Of a stretch of 54,243 bases of DNA, positions 44,621-53,634 are shown one piece after another. The translations under genes were made by a program, and so were the position numbers. The notes under the pieces were generated by a model. It did no database searches and was not told the origin of the DNA. It worked only from the letters and a program-made list of their open reading frames with translations. Source of the DNA: Myxococcales bacterium (lineage in GTDB: Bacteria; Myxococcota_A; Bradymonadia; UBA7976; UBA1532). Within the stretch, counting starts at the first letter, position 1; each line of letters opens with the position of its first letter. The stretch is from contig CANLBD010000001.1 of the NCBI GenBank assembly GCA_947488215.1, forward strand, positions 1 through 54,243, given 5' to 3'.

Positions 44621-47600
44621 ATGAACATGACCCGGCTCGCGATGCTCATGGCCCTGCTGGTCTGGGGGTGCAGTGGCGGCGCCACGGGCGAAGGCGGAGG
44701 CGCCCCCGATGCGGCGCGTCCCATTCAAGACGCGACCGCGCCCGCAGGCGATGTTGCGCCCTCACCCGGCGGTGAAGTCGCCCCGCCCGGCGGTGAAGTC
44801 GCCCCGCCCGGCGGTGAAGTCGCCCCGCCCGGCGGTGAGGTCGCCCCGCCCGGCGGTGAGGTCGCCCCGCCCGGCGGTGAGGTCGCCCCGCCCGGCGGTG
44901 AGGTCGCCCCGCCCGGCGGCGAGGTCGCCCCGCCCGGCGGTGAGGTCGCCCCGCCCGGCGGTGAGGCGCCTCCCCCGGTCGTGCTCGCGCGCATCCGCGT
45001 CGTGCCGGACGCGCTCGAGCTCGTCTCGGGACAGACCGGCATCCTGAGCGCCGTCGCGACGTACTCCGACGGCGCCGAGCGTGACGTCAGCGACACGGCC
45101 CGGTGGAGAAGCGTCGACTCGAATGTCGCCGCGCCGGGTCGAAACTTGCCGGGTCAGGGCCGCGAGGTCGTGGCCCTCGGCGCGGGCACGACGACGTTCA
45201 CGGCGACCCTCTCCGGGGTTGAGAGCGCGCCGGCCTCGGTCTCCGTGCTCGACACGCAGGTCATCGAGATCCAGCTCGATCCGCCGATGGCGACGCTCGG
45301 CGCGGGCAGCGCGCGCGCGTTCACGGCCCTCGCGCTCCTGAATGATGGCACGAGCGTCGACGTCACCGGCGTCGCGTCGTGGCGCTCGTCGAACGTCCTG
45401 GTGGCCGAGGTCGCACAGGACGGCCCGAACCGCGGCCTGGTCACGGGCCGCGCGGCGGGCTTCGCGTCCATCACGGCGCTCTACGGTGACGTCGTCTCGA
45501 CGCCCTCGCGCGTCGAGGTCACGAACGCGCAGCTCAGCAGCCTCGAGCTGACGGTTGACCCCGCGCGTGCGGCCGCGGGGACCTCGGCCCGCGTTCACGC
45601 GACGGGTATCTACACTGACGGCGCTCGCCGCGCATTGGACGACCAGGTCGCGTTCGCGTCGAGCGACGAGGCCGTGGCCGCCTTCTCGCCTCCGCCGGAC
45701 GCGCCGGGCACCCTGCGCGCCCTCTCCCCCGGGACGACGCGCCTCACGGCCCGCTTCGGCGATATCGCCAGCCCAGCCGTCGACTTCGTAGTGACGGCCG
45801 CCGCGCTGACCCGCGTCGAGCTCGAGGGCGGCGCCGCGACGATCCCGGTCGGCCAGACCACGCGCTACCTCGCCCGTGGCTTCTTCTCCGACGGCACCTC
45901 GCGCGACGTGAGCGCAGACGCCGCCTGGACGACCTCTGAGCCCGCTGTCGCCTCGACGCGCCAAGGACCAGACGGCGGCGTCGTCCTCGGCGTCGGCCCC
46001 GGCCGCGCCCGGATCGGCGCGTCTCTCAATGGTCAGAGCGCCGCCGCCGACCTCGAGGTGACAGCGCTCCGGCTCGTCGCGCTGACCGTCGCGCCGTCGC
46101 CCGTGCAGTGCGCGGTCGGCGCCTCGACGCAGGTCCGCGCGACCGGCCGCTTCTCAGACGGCAGCACGCTCGATGTCACCGAGCAGGCGCTGTGGCAGAG
46201 CGTGAACCCGCTCGTCGCGTCCGTCTCCAACGTCGCGAATCGACGCGGCGAGGTCACCGGTCTGGGTGCGGGACAGACGCGCGTCTCGGCGACGCTCGAG
46301 GGACTCGCAGACGTAGCGGACGTGACCGTGACGGCAGCGGCGATCGACCGCATTGAGCTCGCGCCGCTCGCGGTTGAGCTCCCGCTCGGCGAGGCGACTG
46401 ACCTGACCGCCGTTGCGTTCTATCGAGATGGCACTCAGCGCGATGTCACCCTGCAGGCGTTCTGGGCCTCCTCAGACCCCGCCGTGGCGAGCGTCTCCAA
46501 CATCTTCGGCACGCAGGGTTTCGTCACGGCACGCGATGTGGGCATCGCCTATGTCACCGCGACCCTCGACGGCACGGAGAGCGAGCCCACCGAGGTCCGC
46601 GTGACCGCCCCGGTTCTGCGCGCCCTTTCGATCCAACAGGCCGCCCCGCGCGTCTTCGTCGGGCAGACGACGCAGCTCACCGCCATCGGGACCTACTCCG
46701 ATGACACCACCGAAGACGTCACAGCGCCCGCGCTCTGGACGTCCGCCGACGAGCGCGTGCTCACCGTGTCCAACCGCGCCGAGTCCAAGGGCCTCGTGAC
46801 GGGGCTCGCGGTCGGGGCAGCGGACGTACGCGCGTCGTTCCAGGGGCTGCTCTCGCCCCCCGTCGCCGTGTCTGTGCTGCCCGTGCCGAACAGCGCGCCG
46901 ACCGTTCGCCTGAGCTGCCCTGAGTCGGGTCGAGTCGGCGAGGCCCTCGACTTCAGCGGCGCGGGCTCGACCGACGCCGACGGCCAGATCGCGGCGTACA
47001 TCTTCGACATGGGCGATGGACGCGCCCCCATCGACACCGGCTTGAACACCGACCTGTCTTACACCTACCTGCTCGCGGGCCAGTACACGGTCACGCTCTC
47101 GGTCGAGGACGATGAGGGCGACCGGGGCAGCGCGCGATGCGTCGTGGCCGTGCAGAGCGCAGACGCCCCCCGCGTGCGCTTCGTGACCCCCGTGGGCGTG
47201 CGGCAGACGACGCACGGCGAGACCCTCAACATGCTCGTCGACGCCCGCCCCGGAATCGGTCGCCGCATCTCGCGCGTCGCGTTCTTCGTCGACGGCAACG
47301 AGGTCGCCGCGGACGATACCGCGCCCTACGAGGGGAGCTGGCAGGTGCCCATGAACCAGGCGAACAACGCGTCGCTTCGACTACAGGCGCGCGCGACGGA
47401 CAACACGAACGAGGTCGGCGTCTCCGACAACGTCACGCTGAACGTCGTCAACACCCCGCCCGTTGCCACCTTCCTCGCGATCCCGGTGGGCGTGAACCGC
47501 CTCGACGTCGACGCAAACGGCGTCACCGACGACACGACACCGGTGAATGGCCTCGAGGTCCGCTGGGACTGGCAGAACGACGGCGTGTTCGATACGGACT

Positions 47601-50377
47601 GGGCGGTCGCGAAGCGCACCTCGTTCAACTATCCTGCCGCGGGCAACTACACCGTGCGGATGCAGGTCCGCGATAACATTGGACAAATCACGTCCGCCAC
47701 GCGCGCAGTGTCCTTCGTTGACCAGCGCCTCGTGAACGGCGACATCGGCAACGACGTGTGGTTCGGCCAGGTCATTGTGACGGGAGACATCCGAGTGCTC
47801 CCCGGCACGACGCTGACCATCGCCGCGGGCACTCAAATCCTGTTCGTACAGACGGACCAAGACAACAACCAGGTCGGCGACTACGGCCTCTTGGTGAACG
47901 GCCGCGTACTCGTGCAAGGCGAGGCTGAGAACCCCGTCGTGTTCACGTCGTACACGGTCGACTCGAACGACCAGCGCATGAACGGCGACTGGGACGGCAT
48001 CATCCTGCAGGGAGACCAACCCAGCAGCATCGCGAACGCGGTGGTGGAGTACTCCAACATCGGCCTGAGCGTGCGCGACGCCTCGACAGTGACGAGCACG
48101 ACGATACAGCAGTGCAAGAGCCACGGCGTCAGCGTCACAGGCAACGGCGCGCGCTTCACGGACGTGACCGTGCAGGGCTGCCAAGACGGCGTCAACCTGA
48201 GCGCGGGGACGAACGCGGCGTTCACCCGCCTGACGAGCCAGCGCAACCGCGCAGCGGGCGTCTCGAGCACGAGCCACACCGGACTGCAGGTCATCGACAG
48301 CGCGCTCCGCGAGAACGCCGGCCGAGGCCTCTACGGCCAGAGCGCAACGGGCACAATGACGGGCACAACGATCGCGCAGAACACGTCCCACGGCGTCGAG
48401 CTGCTCGACAGTACCTTCACCCTGAGCGGGTTGACCGTGACGCGCAACGGCGAGACGGGCGTCACGCTGCGGGGGAACTCCGCGGGCAGCCTGCGACAGT
48501 CGAACGTGACCGAGAACCGGCGCGAAGGCGTCTCGGTGCAGACGTCGAACGCGCGGAACCCGACGACGGTGATCAACCGGAACAACGTCTTCGGCAACAG
48601 CACGACCGCGGGGTATCGCTACGCGGTCGTGGAGCTGGGCCTCGCGGTCACGGACGTCACGTCGGCCAATGGCGCGGTGACGAGCGGCGCGTTCGCCGTG
48701 GGCGCGAATGACGCCCTCCTTGAGGCCACCGTCGCCGTCGTCATCGATGCGGGCGGCTCGGGCTCCGGGGCGCTGCTCAACGGCGCGACGAACGCTGCGA
48801 TCGCGAGTGGGATCGTCAACGGGACGCGGACGTACACGATGCCCGCGGGCGTGACGTCCCTCAAAGTTCAAGCGAACCGCGACTGCTGCGGAAACGTGAC
48901 GACGACCCTCAACAGCGTGCTCGTCCGCTACGCGCCGCAGGCGGGTGTGGAGCTCTCGGTCGGCCTGAGCGCCGGCACCCTCAACGCGCGTGAAAACTAC
49001 TTCGGCGACTATCCGAACGTGCTCGGGCCCGTGGTGTTCGGGCAGCCGTCGAACGTGGACGTGCAAGGCTTTGTGGGTGTGCCGTTCGACGGGAGCTGGT
49101 CGACGGGCCCGTACTACGCCGGCACGCTCCCCGCGGCGACGCGCTGGTCCGGCAACGTCTACGTGAGCGGTGACGTCACCGTGCCCGCGGGCGGGACGCT
49201 GACGATCGACCCGGGCACGCACGTCTGGCTCTCGCCGATGGACCAGAACGCCGACGGCTTGGGCGACTACGTGCTCACGGCGACCGGTATGGTCGACGCG
49301 AACGGCACGCTGGCCGACCCTGTGTTGTTCGCGCCCGACGACCCGACGCCGACGCCGGGTGACTACGAAGGGCTCGTTCTGAACGGCGCGGGCTCGACAC
49401 TCGACTACACACACGTGCGTTACGGCGACTTCGGGTATCGGGTGGCCGCGAACGCGACCATTCAGGACGGGCGCGTGCTCAACTCTCGGCAAGACGGCCT
49501 GCGAGTCACGGCCGGCCGCGCGACGCTGCGTCGGATGCTGGTGGCGAGCAACGGCGGCGACGGCGTCAACGTGACCGGCGCCGTCACGATTGAGGACAGC
49601 TACCTGAACGAGAACGGCGACGCGGGCCTCTACACCGAGAGCGCGACGGCGTCGTCCGTGTCGTTCTGCGAGATCAACGGCAACTTCGCGAGCGGGCTCG
49701 AAGTGGCGGGCGCGGGCAACTTGACCGCAACCTCGAGCCTGGTGACGTTCAACGGCGGCGCCGGGGCGTTTGTCTACTCGCTCGGCGCGCAGAACCCGAC
49801 TTTCTCGATTTCGCAGTCGAACCTCTTCGGCAACGCAAACTCGGACGGTCGCCCGAACGCGACCATCTCAGGGCTCGCGGGGGGCTTCCCGGTGAGCGTG
49901 GCGGACGTGACAAGCGCGAACGGGGGCAACTCGAGCGCAGCGGCCGCGATGCCTGCGGGCACAGAGGCTTGGCAGGTCGAATACAGCGTCACGATCGACG
50001 CCGGTGGCTCAGGCGGCGGCGAGGTGCGCAACGGCGCGAACGGCGCGTCCCTGAATGCCGTCAACGGCAACGTCTCCGGCTGGCTCAACTTGCCTACAGC
50101 GACCCGCGTGACGAGCCTCATCGCCTACGCCAACCGCGACTGCTGCGGGAACGTGACGACCTCACTCCGCCAGGTCCGCACGCGTCAGGCGGGCATTCGT
50201 CAGGTCGAGCTCTCCGTCGCGGAGTACTCGGCGCGGGTCCGCCCGATCTTGGCGCAGAACAACTACTGGGGGCAGTTCCCCGTCGTGCTCGGCGACCGCA
50301 TCCGGGAAGGCCGGGCGGGCTCGGTGAACTTCGACGGCTTCGCGCTGCAGGCCCTCGACGCCGTCGGGCCGCGCTGA
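44621..50377 (+). CDS. giant surface lipoprotein: heptad spacer, 7 Big_2, PKD, Ig-like, PKD, then two beta-helix (PbH1/CASH-like) modules
   Basis: MNMTRLAMLMALLVWGCSGG lipobox with GGAG upstream of ATG 44621. (GGEVAPP)x9. Seven 90-aa repeats with the Big_2 pattern (L.A.A.YSDG..RDVT..A.W.S....VA.V...G.VTG...G...). PKD signatures FSGAGSTDADG...YTY..AGQYTVTLSVEDD and WDWQNDG...NY.AAGNYTVRMQVRDN. Repeated G/N/V-rich beta-helix turns. Confidence 0.85.
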   Translation: MNMTRLAMLMALLVWGCSGGATGEGGGAPDAARPIQDATAPAGDVAPSPGGEVAPPGGEVAPPGGEVAPPGGEVAPPGGEVAPPGGEVAPPGGEVAPPGGEVAPPGGEVAPPGGEAPPPVVLARIRVVPDALELVSGQTGILSAVATYSDGAERDVSDTARWRSVDSNVAAPGRNLPGQGREVVALGAGTTTFTATLSGVESAPASVSVLDTQVIEIQLDPPMATLGAGSARAFTALALLNDGTSVDVTGVASWRSSNVLVAEVAQDGPNRGLVTGRAAGFASITALYGDVVSTPSRVEVTNAQLSSLELTVDPARAAAGTSARVHATGIYTDGARRALDDQVAFASSDEAVAAFSPPPDAPGTLRALSPGTTRLTARFGDIASPAVDFVVTAAALTRVELEGGAATIPVGQTTRYLARGFFSDGTSRDVSADAAWTTSEPAVASTRQGPDGGVVLGVGPGRARIGASLNGQSAAADLEVTALRLVALTVAPSPVQCAVGASTQVRATGRFSDGSTLDVTEQALWQSVNPLVASVSNVANRRGEVTGLGAGQTRVSATLEGLADVADVTVTAAAIDRIELAPLAVELPLGEATDLTAVAFYRDGTQRDVTLQAFWASSDPAVASVSNIFGTQGFVTARDVGIAYVTATLDGTESEPTEVRVTAPVLRALSIQQAAPRVFVGQTTQLTAIGTYSDDTTEDVTAPALWTSADERVLTVSNRAESKGLVTGLAVGAADVRASFQGLLSPPVAVSVLPVPNSAPTVRLSCPESGRVGEALDFSGAGSTDADGQIAAYIFDMGDGRAPIDTGLNTDLSYTYLLAGQYTVTLSVEDDEGDRGSARCVVAVQSADAPRVRFVTPVGVRQTTHGETLNMLVDARPGIGRRISRVAFFVDGNEVAADDTAPYEGSWQVPMNQANNASLRLQARATDNTNEVGVSDNVTLNVVNTPPVATFLAIPVGVNRLDVDANGVTDDTTPVNGLEVRWDWQNDGVFDTDWAVAKRTSFNYPAAGNYTVRMQVRDNIGQITSATRAVSFVDQRLVNGDIGNDVWFGQVIVTGDIRVLPGTTLTIAAGTQILFVQTDQDNNQVGDYGLLVNGRVLVQGEAENPVVFTSYTVDSNDQRMNGDWDGIILQGDQPSSIANAVVEYSNIGLSVRDASTVTSTTIQQCKSHGVSVTGNGARFTDVTVQGCQDGVNLSAGTNAAFTRLTSQRNRAAGVSSTSHTGLQVIDSALRENAGRGLYGQSATGTMTGTTIAQNTSHGVELLDSTFTLSGLTVTRNGETGVTLRGNSAGSLRQSNVTENRREGVSVQTSNARNPTTVINRNNVFGNSTTAGYRYAVVELGLAVTDVTSANGAVTSGAFAVGANDALLEATVAVVIDAGGSGSGALLNGATNAAIASGIVNGTRTYTMPAGVTSLKVQANRDCCGNVTTTLNSVLVRYAPQAGVELSVGLSAGTLNARENYFGDYPNVLGPVVFGQPSNVDVQGFVGVPFDGSWSTGPYYAGTLPAATRWSGNVYVSGDVTVPAGGTLTIDPGTHVWLSPMDQNADGLGDYVLTATGMVDANGTLADPVLFAPDDPTPTPGDYEGLVLNGAGSTLDYTHVRYGDFGYRVAANATIQDGRVLNSRQDGLRVTAGRATLRRMLVASNGGDGVNVTGAVTIEDSYLNENGDAGLYTESATASSVSFCEINGNFASGLEVAGAGNLTATSSLVTFNGGAGAFVYSLGAQNPTFSISQSNLFGNANSDGRPNATISGLAGGFPVSVADVTSANGGNSSAAAAMPAGTEAWQVEYSVTIDAGGSGGGEVRNGANGASLNAVNGNVSGWLNLPTATRVTSLIAYANRDCCGNVTTSLRQVRTRQAGIRQVELSVAEYSARVRPILAQNNYWGQFPVVLGDRIREGRAGSVNFDGFALQALDAVGPR
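44767..44955 (+). repeat. nine tandem 21-bp in-frame repeats (GGEVAPP)
   Basis: The unit is ggcggtga(a/g)gtcgccccgccc. The first three copies use gaa, later ones gag (one copy has ggcggcgag). A tenth, degenerate copy follows. Confidence 0.95.
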
Positions 50378-50395
50378 GCGTCGACCCTGTGTCGG

Positions 50396-51448
50396 TCAGG
50401 CGTCGGTCAGCGCGACGCCCGGCCAGCCGAAGCAGAGGTCAGCGCCGAAGGCCCCCGCGGGCGTTTGGAAGCCGACCTTGGCCTGCCCCGCGTCGACGAG
50501 CGCCGCAATGGTCGCGGATGACAGCGCGGTAAAGTCGTAGCCGTCCATCGCGGTCACGCGCGCGGCCGCCTTGCGACCGGTCGCGTCCTCCACCTCGCCG
50601 TAGATAGAGAAGCGGCCACGCGCGCGCTGCTCGGGGGTCGGGCCTGCGGGCGCGGCGTCGATACGCGCCTGCATGCGCCGCTGCACCCAGGGCTGCGCCA
50701 GCAGCGGGCGCACGTAGTTGGACGCCCGCGCGAAGAGACGCACACCGAGCGGCAGCGCGGCGTACAGCTCAATGTTCGGGATGCCCGTCGTGTACCACGC
50801 CGTCGAGACGTCGCCCCAGGGCACGCGGATCGCTCGGCGCGCGCCTACACCGGGGCCAAAGTCGAAGGTCCGCGTCTCCGCGGCCGTGGGCTCCGGCACG
50901 ATGCGGCCATCGCGCCGCACGCAGCCGCCACGGTGCACATTTTCGCGCATCGTCGTCGCCGTGCCGTGTGAGAGCCGGCCGTTCGTGCACAGCGCCATAC
51001 GCAAGTGCGTTGCGGCCGGGAGGCGCGCCTTCAGGTGCGCCGCGAGGCAGTCCGTGGGCACGACGTCGAAGCCGACCCCGGGCATGAGCATCACGCCGGC
51101 GCGCGCCGCGTCGGCGCCTCGAGCGGCCACGCCCTCGAAGACCTCGATCTCGCCCGTGATGTCGAGGTAGTGCACGCCCAGACGGAGGCACGCGTCGACC
51201 ATCGGCCGCCAAGTGTGCGCGAACGGCCCCGCGCAGTGCAGAACGGCCGTCACGCCCGCGAGCGCAGCGTCGAGCCCGGCGGGGTCGTCGAGCCGCGCCG
51301 GTCGAGACGAGACCCCGAGGCGCCCGGCGAGCGCCGCGCATCGAGCGGGGTCACGACCGGAGACCATGAAGTCCAAGCCGATGGCCGCGGCCCGCTCGGC
51401 GACCAGGGTGCCGCTGTAGCCGTATGCGCCGTAGATGAGGACCGACAT
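50396..51448 (-). CDS. saccharopine dehydrogenase-like NAD(P)-binding protein
   Basis: MSVLIYGAYGYSGTLVAERA Rossmann start, HCAGPF, YLDITGE, PGVGFDVVPTDC. GGAGG precedes ATG 51448. Confidence 0.85.
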   Translation of the reverse strand: MSVLIYGAYGYSGTLVAERAAAIGLDFMVSGRDPARCAALAGRLGVSSRPARLDDPAGLDAALAGVTAVLHCAGPFAHTWRPMVDACLRLGVHYLDITGEIEVFEGVAARGADAARAGVMLMPGVGFDVVPTDCLAAHLKARLPAATHLRMALCTNGRLSHGTATTMRENVHRGGCVRRDGRIVPEPTAAETRTFDFGPGVGARRAIRVPWGDVSTAWYTTGIPNIELYAALPLGVRLFARASNYVRPLLAQPWVQRRMQARIDAAPAGPTPEQRARGRFSIYGEVEDATGRKAAARVTAMDGYDFTALSSATIAALVDAGQAKVGFQTPAGAFGADLCFGWPGVALTDA

Positions 51449-51542
51449 GACACCTCCAGTTCGACTCGAGCGATTGCCCCGCAGCATAGCGCCGGCCACG
51501 GATTTCTCTTAGCCTCGACGCTCTGAGACGAGGAGACCCAGC

Positions 51543-52370
51543 GTGTACGACAACTTCACGGGCACTGAGAGCTACATCGCGTCCCCGGAGCTGCAGGAGG
51601 CCGTCAACGTGGCCTTGGCCCTGCAACGTCCGCTGCTGATCAAGGGCGAGCCAGGGACCGGCAAGACGCTCCTCGCCCGCGCGGTCGCGGAGCAGCTCAA
51701 GCGTCCGATGCACACTTGGCACGTCAAGAGCACGAGCAAGGCCATCGAGGGGCTCTACGTCTACGACGCGGTGCAGCGCCTGCAAGACAGCCGCTTCGGT
51801 GACCGCGACGTGCGCGACATCCGCAACTACATCCGCTTCGGCGCGCTCGGCCGCGCGTTCCTCGCCGACGAGCCCTCGGTCGTGCTGATCGACGAGGTCG
51901 ACAAGGCGGACCTCGAGTTCCCCAACGACCTGCTGCATGAGCTCGACCAGATGAGCTTCACCGTCACAGAGACGGGGGACGTCCACACGGCGAAAATCCG
52001 ACCGCTGGTCATCATCACGAGCAATAACGAGAAGGAGCTGCCCGACGCGTTCCTGCGGCGCTGCATCTTCCACTTCATCGCCTTCCCCGAGCCGATGCTG
52101 ATGGCACGCATCGTCAAGGTCCACCACCCCAAGGTGCGCGGCGTGCTGCTCGACGAGGCGCTCGCGCGCTTCTACTGGTTGCGCTCGTTGCCTGAGCTCC
52201 GCAAGCGCCCGAGCACGAGCGAGCTCGTCGACTGGCTCGGCGCGCTCGTGCGCGGGGGGCTGGACGAGGCCACGCTCGCTGAGCGTATTCCGTTCTTGGG
52301 CACCCTCCTCAAGAAGGAGCAGGACCTCGAGGCCGTCGCGCGTCGCGGCCGCGGCTGGACGAAGCACTGA
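51543..52370 (+). CDS. MoxR-like AAA+ ATPase (AAA_5, CoxD-like)
   Basis: LLIKGEPGTGKTLLARAVA Walker A, VVLIDEVDKA Walker B, VIITSNN sensor 1, LPDAFLRRC. GTG start. Confidence 0.88.
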   Translation: MYDNFTGTESYIASPELQEAVNVALALQRPLLIKGEPGTGKTLLARAVAEQLKRPMHTWHVKSTSKAIEGLYVYDAVQRLQDSRFGDRDVRDIRNYIRFGALGRAFLADEPSVVLIDEVDKADLEFPNDLLHELDQMSFTVTETGDVHTAKIRPLVIITSNNEKELPDAFLRRCIFHFIAFPEPMLMARIVKVHHPKVRGVLLDEALARFYWLRSLPELRKRPSTSELVDWLGALVRGGLDEATLAERIPFLGTLLKKEQDLEAVARRGRGWTKH

Positions 52371-52372
52371 AC

Positions 52373-53563
52373 GTGTCGACCGGCGAGCCGCTCTTTCTCG
52401 ACTTCTTCTTCCTGTTGCGCCGCATCGGTGTGCCCGCATCGACGCGCGAGTGGCTGATGTTCGTCGAGGCGCTCGAGCGCGGCCTCGTGGCCGCGAGCCT
52501 CGACCGGTTCTACGCCATCGCGCGCGCGACGCTCGTGAAGCACGAGCGGTACTACGACCTGTTCGACCAGGCCTTCTCGCACTACTTTCTGGGCACTCGC
52601 CCGCCCGCGGAGCTCACGCGGGCCATCGAGGCCTGGCTCGAGGACCCGCTGCCGCTGCCGACGCTCAGCCCCGAAGAGCTCGCGGCCCTTGAGCACCTCG
52701 ACCTCGACGCGCTCATGAAGCGCTTCGAAGACACGCTGCGCGAGCAGGATGAGCGGCACGATGGCGGCAGCAAGTGGATTGGCACGGGCGGCCGGAGCCC
52801 GTTCGGTCACTCGGGCGTTCACCCGACGGGCATGCGGGTGGGCGGCGAGAGCCGCAGTCGGAGCGCGGTTCAGGTCGCGGCGCAGCGGCGCTTCGTCGAC
52901 TACCGCGACGACCTGGTGCTCGACACCCGGCAGGTGGGCATCGCGCTGCGCAAGCTGCGTCGCCTCGGCCGCGTCGAGGAGGCGACCGAGCTCGACCTCG
53001 AGGGCACGATCGAGGCGACCGCGCGCAACTGCGGCGACATCGAGGTCGCGCTGCGGCCGCCGCGCGAGAACCAGCTCAAGGTGCTGCTGCTGATGGACGT
53101 CGGCGGGTCGATGGACCCCTTCGCCCTGACGGTCTCACGGCTCTTCAGCGCCGCGCATGCGGCTCAGCATTTTCGCGAGTTTCACGCGTACTACTTTCAC
53201 AACTGCGTCTACGAGCGGGTGTACGACAACGCACGCTTCTCGTCGGGCAAGGACACGCTCGAGCTCTTGCGCTGGCTCGGGCCCGATACACGCTTGGTCG
53301 TCGTGGGCGACGCGCACATGGCGCCGTGGGAGCTCACGGCCCGCGGCGGCGCGATTGACTACCACCACCAGAACGACGAGCCGGGCGTGGTGTGGCTGCA
53401 GCGCTTGCGACGCCACTTCAAGCAGAGCGTGTGGCTCAACCCGATGCCGCAGCGCTTCTGGACACATCCGACAATCGCCTTGGTCGGCCAGCAGTTTCCG
53501 ATGTTTGAGCTCACGCTGGCGGGGTTGGAGCAGGCCATTACGTCGCTCCGCCAGAGCGCCTAG
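52373..53563 (+). CDS. VWA domain-containing CoxE-like protein
   Basis: The N-terminus FLDFFFLLRRIGVPASTREWLMFVEAL and the C-terminal VWA (VLLLMDVGGSMDP MIDAS-type DxSxS, LVVVGDA) match the CoxE-type family. GTG start lies 2 nt after the ATPase stop. Confidence 0.85.
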   Translation: MSTGEPLFLDFFFLLRRIGVPASTREWLMFVEALERGLVAASLDRFYAIARATLVKHERYYDLFDQAFSHYFLGTRPPAELTRAIEAWLEDPLPLPTLSPEELAALEHLDLDALMKRFEDTLREQDERHDGGSKWIGTGGRSPFGHSGVHPTGMRVGGESRSRSAVQVAAQRRFVDYRDDLVLDTRQVGIALRKLRRLGRVEEATELDLEGTIEATARNCGDIEVALRPPRENQLKVLLLMDVGGSMDPFALTVSRLFSAAHAAQHFREFHAYYFHNCVYERVYDNARFSSGKDTLELLRWLGPDTRLVVVGDAHMAPWELTARGGAIDYHHQNDEPGVVWLQRLRRHFKQSVWLNPMPQRFWTHPTIALVGQQFPMFELTLAGLEQAITSLRQSA

Positions 53564-53634
53564 GGACCCTTCACAGTTTGTCCAACTCATGAAGCATTCC
53601 GCGGGTCTGCGTGTTTCGGTATCCATGTGAACAC

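Noticed and set aside
44767-44955. Tandem direct repeats considered as a possible CRISPR array (also 30694..30924)
   Set aside because: The units are contiguous with no spacers, are 15 or 21 bp long, and lie in frame inside lipoprotein genes encoding Pro/Ala/Gly stalks. No cas genes are present.
47381-49492. 703-aa antisense ORF. Similar long antisense ORFs lie at 21757..23670, 36010..37620, 43590..44546, 37711..38748, 31845..33089, 19054..20331 and 16608..17885.
   Set aside because: All lie opposite genes with unambiguous family signatures and translate to low-complexity Arg/Ala/Asp/Val strings. They are treated as GC-driven spurious ORFs.
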